A stretch of 64,000 bases of DNA, from assembly GCA_000934665.2 (NCBI GenBank), contig JYFJ02000410.1:62001-126000 (forward strand), in the 5' to 3' direction. This document shows, piece after piece, positions 27,374-39,834 of the stretch. The notes below the pieces were generated by a model. It did no database searches, was not told the origin of the DNA, and saw only the letters and a list, made by a program, of their open reading frames with translations. The number at the start of each line of letters is the position of its first letter. Positions within the stretch are counted from its first letter, which is position 1. This stretch comes from Catajapyx aquilonaris. Taxonomy: Eukaryota. The position numbers and the translations under genes were made by a program.

Positions 27374-28351
27374 GTGTCGACAAAGGCCAACATGTGTCCG
27401 TAACTTTTTGTCGGACTGTCTCTCCGCAAAGTATTTGGCAGTCCGCACATTTCACGCAGATTGGACGCATTCCTGTTCTCCACAAACGCATTCTGCAAGC
27501 TTTGTGTGTTGTCATAGATCCTTGTCCTAAAGGTTGATCCCTTTACTCTGTGGGGCTCTTCTCTTACTGGTCGGCCGGCCACATACCACAATCACACCAC
27601 ATCATTAGCAATCGAGTAGAGCCCCGTGTACTGCGAGAATGAACGGCGGCTTGCACAGGATAACTGCGGCGCACTGTACCTGAGAATTAAATTAACATGG
27701 ATTAGTCCGTCTGTGCACCGCAAGGAAGGATCCACCATCCAAAGTACAGTCCTAGTGTATATACGGGAAAGGGGTGGAAATTCCGGAGGTTTTGGCTCCA
27801 TTCCAACATAGATCCTCGATAGACGACAGCTCGGTTAGCTTGCCCCCACAGTAGGACCAGGGAACCTCACTTCGACATTCAATCGATGTTTAGGAACCAT
27901 ATTCGCAGACGCTGTGGGGACCACTCGGATATATTTAATCCGTATTAAGCCACTTTGGTCCGGTTCTTGGCGATACCGATACATCCTCGTTGAAGCTTTA
28001 AGGAGATCAGAAATTGCACGGTGTTCATTTAAGACTTTGTATGATGTACGAGTAGTTGTTGACATTCAGTATAAGGCTTGATTCAATCTTCAAACATTTG
28101 TAGACGGAAAAAGCTGATTTTTTCAAATTTGCGAAAAATTACGACATTTTGCCACTTTTGGCATTTTTACAATAATTCAGTATTTTGGACAGTTTAGCAA
28201 TTTTTAATTTGCAATCTTTTTTTTTGTAATTTTCCCCATTCTGAACATTTTTACAATTTTCAATGTGCAATTAGTGCAAGTTGTACAATTTTGCAATATT
28301 ACATATTTGATTAGTACCTGAAATATAGAATTTTACGTCATAAAAATATTT

Positions 28352-28597
28352 GAAGAGCACAGGGGAAAAACGGGGAATGTCACAGAAAAAATGTCCATGA
28401 AAAATCGAAGAAATAGCTTTATTTCTTCACGTGTCTAAAGAATAATAGGGATATCTTCACGTCATTATATGCAACTGTCACCCTTGTACCCATGGAAAGC
28501 CTCCAGGTATAAGTGTCACCTATGCTACTATTGTACTGTGCACTTGGCAAGAACCCCAACGGAATTTGACATTCCCCGTTTTTCCCCTGTGCTCTTC
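28352..28597. mobile_element. 246-bp MITE with perfect 31-bp TIRs and 4-bp ATTT duplication (possibly Sola-type)
   Basis: GAAGAGCACAGGGGAAAAACGGGGAATGTCA (28352-28382) and its exact reverse complement (28567-28597). ATTT flanks both sides (28348-28351, 28598-28601). The superfamily is inferred from TSD length and composition only. Confidence 0.85.
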
Positions 28598-30624
28598 ATT
28601 TGTAATCTGCGAAATTTCATATTGTGCGATATTTGAAATTTTGCTTTTTTCATATTTGAAATTTTGGCAATTTTTCTAACTGCAATTTGGACAGTGTGGA
28701 TTTGCGACAAAATCTGATGTTTAGAATGTGTGGTTGTTGAGTGGCAGAGTGGGACTTATGTTAATTGCGATAAGCACGGTATAGTAGGAAGGGACGAAGG
28801 TCTGGATCCGCTTTTCGGACACCTCTCCTTGTTCCTCCAAGTGAGTAATGAGAGACCTGGAGTACCCACAATCCTGCTTAATTACCCCCTTTTCTCCTCC
28901 GGCTCTTACACTCCCTTGCTTTTGGCCCCTTCCAAAATATCTGGTCCAGATTGCTTCAGGGACTCGGATTCGCAAAACTGGGCAGCAATTATATCCACTG
29001 CGGCTATATGTCGTCATCAATTTCATTTCCGGGAGGGGGGGGGGGGAAGGTGTGGACTGGCCGTAATTATTTCTGATGCAAATTTACAGTGGCATGTTAT
29101 TTAATAAAGGGAGACACGCGTTGGATGTGATTTTGATTGGGTGTCACCATCGCTGTCCCCTCGAGGGTCGTGTTATAACATATTTCGTAATAGGTATTGT
29201 TGCTGCGACCAGAATTCACAGCTGATGCAAAAAATAATAACTGTAATGCGATATTATATACATTTATGAAAAAGATGTAAAATCGAATAAATTAATATTA
29301 AAATAATTAAATGAAAATGTAGTGGCGGAAAACTACAATATTTTTCAAACCTACACTAGACCTGGAAGTGAGGGGTAAGTTGCCTCTCCAAGTGGATTGC
29401 TGCTTACCACTGACTAATTACCTCAGTGGCGCAACAGGAAAAGTTGCAACTTGTGTGTCCCTTGCAACGTGGGTGTGGAGGGGTACAGGGGGGCGATGAA
29501 TTGAATGCATCGGAAAACCCACTTCACCGGAAAGTTAGAGAGGCACTTTATCACTGGGGGAGGTGAGGTTGCGTCAATGGCTTGAAAGGAAAACAAGAGA
29601 GGGAGGGGAAAAAGAAAAGGGCGAAGAAGAGCCGAAAAAAGTAAGGAAAGGTTAGGTCCATTAGTTACGAGACAAATCCATGGTGTGGTACTTACCCAGA
29701 CAACTTACATACTTAGTTAAAATAACTCGGTGCAACGATAGATATGTCAAAGTGTTGCCCTTACCATCATAATTTTACGAGAATGTCAAGAGCACCCTGT
29801 ACATTATATCATTTGCAGCTAATCTACAGCTTACGATCCACTGATGTTTTGTTGTACACAGTACATCACACAGTGGATGATAGTGTACTCTGTAATACGC
29901 AATTACGACTCGGAAAAAAATGGGACAGACGATCCCTCCGAGGAATACTCTGGTTTCTGACAAAAGTGGAGCAATCGATTCCGGAATCAATTAAATAAAA
30001 GCATATTTGAGAGAACCGCGCCGGTTGATATTACAGTACCTTCCGAATATCCCATTAGGCTCATATGGTAATTACTAATTAGTAGTAGAGAATTGGAGCC
30101 CGGAATATCACAGAGACCAAAAAAAAAATTTGAACCATCTGATTTCTGCTCTAGTTGTAATTTTCTAAGCAGAACTGCACTTTTCGGCACTTCTAGCCCT
30201 CCCGGATATATTTCTAGTAATCTGGCTGCTTTTAATTCACATTCTATCGTAACACTGACATTTTTTGGCGAGTAGGCTAGTCGAACAGGTACGTCACTCA
30301 GCATTGGCCACAAGTAGACAGATAAGCGAGCCCATGTCCTGACAGGCAATGCAACCCACCCCCTCTTCTTCTATTCCTGCAAATCCGACTCTCATAATCG
30401 AGGATTGTGCGGCCAGATTCGTTTTGAGAATCCGTGACAGGAAGATTGATGCAATCTGTCCGGCGGGCGGAGGCTGACGGGGTTGCCGGATCTGGACCTG
30501 GATCCAGACGACCTAGTTTTAACAGGGTGAATCGGAGCCAGGGTACTCATTGGCCCAAAACAATGAGTCAAAATGCAGAGAGAAGTGTCGAAAACCGCGT
30601 GTAGCTAACGAGATATAGTGGCCA

Positions 30625-30800
30625 GAAATGAGTAAGGTTGGTTAGGTTAGGGTTAGGGTTAGGATTAGGGAGAGGTTAGGTTAGGGACAGAATGATTATG
30701 TAAGGTAATTGTTAGGATAGGCTCAGGGTAGACGTGAATTAGAGTTAGAATCGCCTCTCTTGGTGGCTAGTTTCAGCTTCAGGTCTGCTACCATACTCAT
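30625..30800 (-). mobile_element. Small non-autonomous element with short inverted ends and an internal TTAGG/TTAGGG tract
   Basis: Left end GAAATGAGTAAGGT is followed by TTAGG-like repeats (~30636-30690). The right end CTTGGTGGCTAGTTTCAGCTTCAGGTCTGCTACCATACTCAT is homologous to the arms of the element at 51562-51684. Confidence 0.65.
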
Positions 30801-32246
30801 ACCCTTAGACACACGCGGCAACCCATCCGTTGCTATAGGCAAAAGCCCACATCTACATTTTCGACATTTTGATCTCGTGACGATACTTTCGACTACGTTT
30901 TCCGACTCACCCTGCAGTTCGAAGGATGAAAACGGGGTGTCTCTTTTTGCTTGTGGTCCTGTGGGGGCCAGCTTTTCGCTCCGGGGAATCTTTGGGGGCC
31001 TTTCATCATCATCCAATCTCGTTTAGGCCCCGTGACATGGGAAACCAATGACGCCATATTGCTTTCAGTGGGGGGTAGAAGGGGGGGGGGTGCCAAGGCT
31101 TGGAGACTTGGGTGGGTGGGATAGAAGGCTGAGCAATCATGACCTCGGGGATGGAGACGAATCGCGCGCTGGAGCAGAATCTGAATCGGTTTTAATGGCG
31201 CGATCTTGGACTGGAAACTCAACCAGCACAAATTAGCTGGGAGCTGCCTTTTTGTGTCCTGAAGCCAGACGCAACAATACTCCGAAATAATTTTTTGTAG
31301 TGGGAACAATGTGGTTCCCAATTAAGGGCCAATGACTCAAAAAAACCTCAGCAGTAAGGCAAGAAAAAATATTGAATTTCATCCCACTAGCGTTCTATAT
31401 AATTATTATTTTGTACAAGTGTCCTCCATAATAGGACACTTGCACAAAATAATGATAATTAGTCGTTATGTTAGTTTTGCATTATTTGCTAATAGAAATA
31501 TAAACATTTTTAAAATTATACAAAAAAAAAATCAGGTATATCAGGGACATGTTGGAAACGCGTGTAAACTTTAGTCACCCATATTGGAAACTACTCGATC
31601 CTTCAAAATCTTTCTGAATTTATGGCCTGTCAGGTTCTCTCTCCTTAAAGTTATTCCCAGCCTAAGATCCACTCATGTTGAGAAGAGGAAGGATGGGGGC
31701 TAGTTCATAGTCAAGGCTAGACTCTGGTGACACTGATCAACGCGTCCTTCTTATTCACCATTGCGTGCCAGGGAGATTTAACAAGCCGGAGATCAATAAG
31801 GTTCTTCCAAATTATTGAGTTCGGGAGAGAGGAAGGGGCGGGGAAGAGGAGAAAAGAAATGGTTCTTCAGGTTCTTCTCCATGGAAATTCTAAAAAAAAA
31901 GAGAGAGAGAGAGGAATTCCAGACCTCCCCCTACCCTTCACGAAATGATTCAACAGCTGTTTTACAGCAGGGAAGCGATTGGGACACCTCGTTTTTCATT
32001 TTCAGGGAGCTCTGCGTGCGTGTGCCCCGAATTGAAATAACCCTGTAGTACAGGGTGGTTCGTTCTCTCAATTCTATATGTTAAAACACCTTCATGTCGT
32101 GCGGCTATAATATTTTGGAAGGAAGCAGCATGAGCCATCTACTGATTTCTTTTTCAACTTCTTGCACAGGACAATTCTGTGAGATATGCCCTATATGATG
32201 ACATTTGAAGCATAAAGTGAAAAATACTTGCTCGCAAAAAAATGTG

Positions 32247-32278
32247 TTCTAACCACTGTTTTCTCTTTACAGGTAAGC
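32247..32278 (+). other. Candidate recursive splice site (ratchet point, zero-nucleotide exon) at AG|GT 32272/32273
   Basis: Sequence TTCTAACCACTGTTTTCTCTTTACAG|GTAAGC. Branch-point motif CTAAC at 32249-32253, pyrimidine tract 32256-32270, CAG acceptor followed directly by a GTAAG donor. There is no AG dinucleotide from 32218 to 32270. Confidence 0.65.
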
Positions 32279-32893
32279 CTTTCCTACACAGCTATTCGGC
32301 AGCTCAACACCCTCTAAAGTAGGTGGTACTTTTCCTTCCCAAATTAATAATCAGGGAAAGGGGGGCTGCAATCAAATTTCGGAGGGGAACCATCCCCCCT
32401 TCCTTTGATTGCAGCTCTGACGTTAGGCCTCCTAAGCATACATATCATTACTCGTTAAGCATTCGCGAATTAATAATTAATCACAGTTATTTGCTTGCTG
32501 GCTTGGAGAGCAAAGAGCACGAGGCCTCCTGATCCGTTTGGGAGGGCTCCGGCTCGTTCAGTACTCAAGGGCTTGCCCCAGCTCAAATCCGTGGTTAAAT
32601 AACCCCCAGCTCTCACTTGCGCATCGGGGGTTTAAATCCTGCACTACATATCAGGCTTGCACACTAGATTATCGGGTGCACTATATACTGACCGGTGTAT
32701 CATATCTGTGGAGTGAACTGTACTGCGGCGGTGGGAGTAGCATGAATTATTATTGTTAAGCGATACACTGTACTTTGGTTAAGCCGCACTGTGACTTAAG
32801 CCTTACTAATTTAGGGTAATAAGTGCGCATGTTAATTAAATGGAGTGAATTATGTGCTGAGCAGACCGGATGATGGTGTCAACTGCGGTTTTA

Positions 32894-33852
32894 CAGGGTG
32901 GTCCAACAATATAAGTATTGTGTTTGCGTACAATTTGTTAATTATAAATAATAAATTCGTCTCCTATTTACCATCAATTATGTAAGTTTCAGGCCCTGTA
33001 CGCAGGTACTATTCCTCGTAAAATAATGTTTCAATTGTGTTTATTTCAATTTCAAACGAACTGTACGTCAACAATTAATATGACATCTATGTAGGAGATT
33101 TTTTAAAAACGGTGAACATGGAACAAGGCGTACAATAATTTTGGAAACTTAATATTCATTCGTAATTATGCAAAAATTCCCAAATTTCACATTTCAGATT
33201 TTTGATCAGTTTGCCCAAAATCTGCATTTAAAATGTACTGAAACGTAACACTGTGCTATTTTATATACTACTTTTACGTACAGTACTCCATAGAGTATTG
33301 AGAGTGCATGTGTTATTATACTTGTTAGGTTTGGACTACCGAATACTGAAAATGTAAGTGAACAAATAGGGCTGCTATATACGCGTTAAATGGTTTAAAA
33401 CCCTTGTTCCTGTGGGAAAAAGCCGTTGTATCGCTTTCGGTTTTTTTAAACTCTCTATTCAGCGTTAACAAATAGGCTTTTAAATTAGAAACATGGGGCT
33501 CAACTGATCGATACACGTGTTTTTCAAACCGCCTCTTTTTTCCGAGATAAATCCAACACTAACCCTTGGCTTTACAGTACGCTAAGTGGGGTCCAATCCT
33601 CTGAAGAATTGGAATAAAAGGGGTCGCACATTTGGACAAACCTTACTCTTTAATTTTATTGTACCGATGGGCCATCCAATCTTCTTAAACTGTTCACCTT
33701 ACAGTACGTGATGAATAATTATACGTATATAGAATAATATTGGCTCGAATAAAGTATATGCCTCGGCTTGTCCAGTGTGAGTCATGTATATGAGAGATGT
33801 GGTACTACGTCTATAGTGGCTCACTAGTTTCTCTAGAAAGTGGACCACCCTG
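32894..33852. mobile_element. Non-autonomous Tc1/mariner-like element, ~959 bp
   Basis: TA|CAGGGTGGTCCA ... TGGACCACCCTG|TA: a 12-bp perfect terminal inverted match with TA on both sides. The interior is AT-rich with no transposase ORF. The ends could belong to two separate insertions. Confidence 0.6.
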
Positions 33853-36800
33853 TACACCATCCATGCTGGGAAAAAGGAATAGACCAGAGATTGGATTGTT
33901 TCAAGAGACCAAATCGATTTCTAAAGACCTTTTACCTGAAGCTTTCCGGGACACGGAAAGAGCAGACGACATGGGTTAACCATTCCCACGTTTCGTAATC
34001 GGTGTTAAATCCGATTGGGACAGGTTCGAGAATATCCGCAATGCAGGACTTGATCTCTCATGGACTACTCGTGGATTTATTTTTAGATAAAAAAATTCCT
34101 AAAATTTTTCCCCCCCAAAAAGGAGGGCCCCTATCATCCTCTGTTCTCTTTGCGTCGTACTTGAAACCTTCCAAGCCTCTCTAGGGCCATTTTCGTTTCC
34201 CACCTGGTCCTCCGCATGTAAAGTAGATCCAGGATTAAAGCCTAATTACACTTGATCCTCCGAACAGGTCGCTATATCGATCCCATGGAAAATTTTACCT
34301 TTACTCATTTTCCCCTTCCACCTTGGCATTATTTGCCTATACCGAAAGTCGCTCTCTTCAAACACAGACACTTTCGATAGCCCTTAACTCCTGATGGGAA
34401 ACTTTCCAAAGTTTGTCCCAATTTTCTGTCCCCCATACACTGCATAAATTATAAATGGGCGCGCACGTAATCTACAAGTGTGCTGGAATATGCGAAATTA
34501 GTATCGATTGCCAATGCTCCACAGTAATTATTGTCCTCGTTATTTTCCAGCCGGAGTTGATAGTATCGAATTGTTTGATAATTAACCTTCTGCTGCAGTG
34601 AAAACTGTACGAAACAATTTTTTGGATGGGCTTCTTTTCCTCCTGGCAAGGGATGATAAGCGGTCTGACATGTAACTGATTGACCTATCTAATCTGCTGG
34701 GCTGTCAATTAAACGAGGGGTATAATTTTGGGGTGGGGGGAAGTACATGGCACGATTTTCTCCAACACTGATGTGATGGGAGAGAGCCAATGGAGCGAGA
34801 GGCGAAACGAGCATGACAAGGGCAATTTGATTCATGAATAAATATTACTATTGTAATGTGGGTTGACATTTCCGCATAAAACAAATCCGTAAATATTCAT
34901 TGGTTCAGGGTATAGGGTACAATCATTGTGCTTGCGTGATATTTATTTTTATGCACTATGATTTTGGCGTTGTCAGTCAATTTTTTTCCAATAACAATAA
35001 TGTCGGGTCGGCTGTAATCATTGGGGAACAATGAAGTGCTCATTTGGCAAATTGGGGGGACGATCCGGCTTGTTTCAAGCTGGATTGTCATATTAAAATA
35101 TTATTCAGTCATTACTTTTTCATTATTCAAAGTGTTGCAATGACACACTTTTATTACAGTAGTATTTGAAATTCACGCACTGGAACTGTTCATTAACTCG
35201 GATATGCCTGATTTTTTTTTGTTAAACCCTTTAGATATTTTATGAGCAAATTAACTAACATAATGACAAAAAAGCTGACTGTGCAGTGTACTGTACCTGT
35301 AGAGTATAACTCGAGGCAATTATATTTCCGATAATATTAGGATTTAAAAATTTTCATTCCTGGAATTAAAGTAAACGTCTTTACTCTACTTAGCACATCA
35401 ATAACCTTGGAGTTAAGAAGCCTTCTTTAAAAAGATTGGCCTCGTATCTTTTCCCGCACTTTCGATACATGTATATATCTCCACTCTCGCGAGACATAAA
35501 ATCTCATAAAAAAATTTGATGTCCTCCTGTTATGACGCAGTTGACACTCTTGTAACAACGGCAGCATTTTCTGGCGAGACGTTTAATGGCAGCCAAATGT
35601 AGCACACCAGGACGGGGGGCGTTTATAGCTGGCGGATTCTGGGTTATATATATAGTCTATCCCTATAGTCATCGGATCGATAGCTTTTGCCTGCTGGCTT
35701 ATTTACAGCAGTAGGTGATAAATCCGGGGGTAGAAATTTTGTTGAGTTATCTGCAACCGAAGGGTTTGTCAGCACCGCGTCTATTATGCCCTGTTGCTCA
35801 ACGAATTAGCACGGAAATTTGTGAGCGGAGTGTAATTTATGCGGCTAGAAATGCGCACAAATCAGAGTGCCCAAATCACTGTGGACAGATCCACTCACAG
35901 AAGTTGACTGTTTACACTCAAAATTTCGGGTTGGCGATAGTCCCTCATGGCTGGTTCCAACTGGCTGTAAATTTAGTCAACTCCAAAGCGTTTAACAATA
36001 GGAGCCGTGTCCAACAATCTTCCAAATTAATTTCCGCGTTAAATGAAGTACAAGTCGATTGAATCCTGGATGTATATACAACACACCAAAATGGCCCAAA
36101 TGGAGCCAAAATTCGCAGCGTAATAATTGGGGGATTGTCAGGCAAATTTAATATGCATTAAACGCATTATGCTTACGTTAATGTGCTTTTGTGGGTTCAC
36201 ATATGTGATAAATTAATTGCGGGTGACGATACCACAGTTACGGGTATCAATATTCACCTGACAGTAATAGTGTACATGCCGCGGAATTACCACGTTTTGA
36301 TAGACCAGTAATTGCTCAAAAATGGGATATAATAATTGAATATCCTGTTTGACCCTGAGGCTCTGAATTTTGACGCTGATGTTGCTGCAAAATTGTTAAT
36401 ACATTCTGTGATTACCGCTCCAATCGCTTATTTTCCTCATTATTCCCGTTAACTGAATTTTTTTTTAAATGCGTGAATTAAAATTATTTAAAATCGCATT
36501 TTATTGGATTTAATAAAATCTATATAACATTTGCAAATTACATTTTGCAGAAATTTATTATTTTGAAGATCACAGAGAAGACTTACCAATTTACAGTTAT
36601 TTAAAATTCGCAAACATTATTCAAGCAAAATTTTATCAAAATGTCTATTACTGAGTATAATTTTCTCTAATTTGTTCAGAATTTTTGCTCAGGTACCTAA
36701 CATGTTGATGGAGAGATATTTTATCATTTTTGTCCAAGCTTTGCATGTACAAACGTTTATGTTAATTGTACGTACAGTAGCTTGTTTTTGGTAAGGCTAT

Positions 36801-39492
36801 CGAATTTTAATGATTCCCTTGCATTTGAAGGCAGAGATTGAGCACAGTGAAATATCCTTGCAAGGATTTATGTCCATTGATGTTTTTCTTTCTATATAAG
36901 TTAAAATATATTCCTCGCATCCGGCCCTTTTCGCAGGATAAGAAAAATAGAAGAAGCAATACAAATATTCAAATGAAAAGCAGCCGCTTCTTTGTATGGG
37001 TCGGTTCCGGGCTTTTGCCCCTGAAAAGGAATTTTCCCTTTTCCTCTCCTGTGAAGCAAGGAATTTGGAAACTGTGTCTTTATCCATTCTTTGATGATGT
37101 AGGAAGGCTTTGACTGTGGAAAATCGCCCTTTCCTCTTCACTTGGCTCGCAAATAGAGCCACTGCTGGAGGGATCGGGAGGAACACACGCAGTTGAAGAG
37201 AACCTTTTTTCTGATTGGTTGCCTTAGTTGTTCCTTCCCATCCAAGTTGAAGCTCAGATCAAGCCTAGATTGCTCTTTGTCCAACGCCTTCAAAAAAAAT
37301 TTTATTTGAAAGAAATTTCACACCCACTCTTGTTGGCTAGAAATCTAAAAAAAGAAGACCCAGAGAAAGATGAAAAGTGGACTATTTTGTTTCTAAATCC
37401 GATCTTCAGAGTTGCTGTAAGAATAAGTGGAAACAATAAAAGTGGGAACTGGTTTGTTTTGCAAATTTAGCCGTATATTTCTGTGATGTATATGAATTAG
37501 TACATTCTCTAATCGGTAGATTAACTGCTAACATGCCAAATTTGGCTAGACAGCAAGGTTGCCAAGCCAAGGCGGAGACAAAAAAAATTCCACTGGTGTC
37601 ACTGCCACTTTTGTCGACCATTTCAAACAACGCCATTCCGTCCCAATATAAACAGATTGTTCGAACTTCTTTTGTAAGCTACTAAACTGGCAGTTTAACT
37701 GACGGAAACGTTGGTTAAGTGATTTTTATTTTCACACGAGTCTATATGAAGTGCAAGAAAACTTCCTGTTGAATAATCAGCGTGAGAAAATATTGTTGCC
37801 ACATTTTAAGCCTCATTCCCAAACTAGTTTGCAAACTTTCCATTAAATGAGTTAGTGGAGCAATCTCCTTTCCCATAGTCGTCTCCTCCTCCACTCGTTT
37901 CCATAACAACCATCAAGGTTATGGAGAAAAAGAGGAACAAGCTGAGAGGGACAAAGAAGGATCAGAGGTGAGCCAGTGAAGAAGAAAGATGACACGATAC
38001 CCGCAGCACTGAATAAACCTTACATTACTGCACTCTGCCAGGATAAAAAAAGAAGGGTGCTCGATTTCATATCCTTTTTTTTGCTTTTAATAACAACCCT
38101 CCCCTAGTTTTAATGACGTTGTCTGTCATGTTTCTGTCGCAAAGTATAAGGTTGAGAAGGCTCAGAAAACTAACACAAAAAAAATTCGCGAGGCAGAAAC
38201 AACAGGCTTGTTTACAAATCCCATTACCAGACTTATTTTGCCTCCGAGGGGATTAAGTTGCAATCGTATATTGCCAAGGGTAATAAAATTTTCACTGTAA
38301 GCACAACCTGATGCTCGTGCAAATTTATTTTGCAAAAACAGTATGGTTGTGATATTCCATGCACCCCCTTTTTAGCACAAAATAGAAAGAAAGCCTGCTT
38401 TTCTCTAGCTCTTGCATCTGGCTCTATCTGTATTCTGGCGGAATGTATACTAACTGAGTTACTGGAAGTGGAAACAGACGTTGGCAACAATTTGCAACTG
38501 GCAAGTTTCAGCAGAATCCGTAATTAGCAACACAGAGGAGAGGAGAGGGTGGGGAGGTAGGGGGAAAAAGAAGAACCGAAGCGTGAATATAAAGAGGAAA
38601 AGGCACAATGGCTCGTTTGAGTAGCTTTTGAATACCCCCGGTGGAGAGGGGGGCTTTGTCATTCTAGAAAATAAAGCCGATGGCGATGACTTTATTTAGC
38701 GAAATGCAATTGTGCTTGAAATTGCATGCGGCGAAAGCGTAAGAATACCAACTGTATTGATTCAACCTTCTCTTGTTCGCCTCATTTTCACAGGACAATT
38801 GCTCAGCTTCTGTTCGTCCATTCATATCCTGAATGGCGAATTGATTAGACGAATAAGGCGCCGATAGTGCTAATTACTTGCTGGTGATTGTAGTACCATG
38901 TCGCTCACATAGATGACATGCAGACAAACAGAGGCACAGAGGCTTAGTATATAAGGGTGTCATGTCTGGGTCCGGACAATATAATTAACAGAGGAGTGGC
39001 CATATCCGCCGGACTTGATGGCCAAGCCCGAGAGATTGTGGTGAGTAGGAGGGAATCCAGGCCTGCGACCGCAACTCGGGCCCCCACCCCCCTTTTGCTA
39101 TAGTACCAGACTCCACTTTTCCTTTCCTTCATTACACAGCCACTGGTCGCAGTGGCTTCTCCTCCATCCTCCGGATCCAATATTTTGCCTCAATTGACTG
39201 GAAGCAGTGCAGCTTGGCGTAATGAGATCGGGAATGTTCCACCTCTTTCTCTCTCTTATTCTTATTCGTTTCTCTCAGTCTCTCCCCTCCCCCTTCCCTT
39301 CCCTCCAATGCCAGTAATTGGGAATCGGGGAAATAAATGTCAGTTAGTGGAAAATCTTGCCTGCTGTTCTGAGCGACAGTCCTTGCCCATTTCTTCCGGT
39401 TCACAATGGCAGGGAGCTCCGGAAATTCGGGAAATCTGAATATAGAGGAAATGAGTGGATGTGAAGTGTAAAGTGCTTGATGAGGGAAATCT

Positions 39493-39834
39493 CCGTTTAT
39501 GAACTTGGGATTTTAGCCAATTTTATCCGGGTGTGCGACCCCGTATTATTAAGGCTGGATTAAAATGTTGCTGTTGTGGGGGAAATGGACATCTTCAAGA
39601 TTCATGCTCACGCAGATTTTTGAATAATAACGATATACCGAAGTGTAAGTGACTCTCAGAATTACCGTTTATGATGAACTTGCAAATTTAGCACTTTTTT
39701 CCGGGTGTGCGACCCCGTAAATTACTATGGCCGGATAAAAATGTTTCTGTTGTGGAATTACAGGGCATCTTCAAGTTTCATGCTCAGCCAGATTTTACAT
39801 AATTACACGAACAGAATACCAAAGTGTAACTTGA
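39493..39834 (+). repeat. Diverged tandem dimer of a ~172-bp unit
   Basis: Units start at 39493 and 39665 (CCGTTTATGA...TCCGGGTGTGCGACCCC...CATCTTCAAG.TTCATGCTCA...AAGTGTAA) with collinear shared blocks. Confidence 0.88.

Noticed and set aside
28058..28078. Partial match to miR-iab-4 (TATACTGAATGT, minus strand)
   Set aside because: Only 12 nt match, the seed end differs, and no precursor hairpin is evident. I found no other conserved miRNA by eye.
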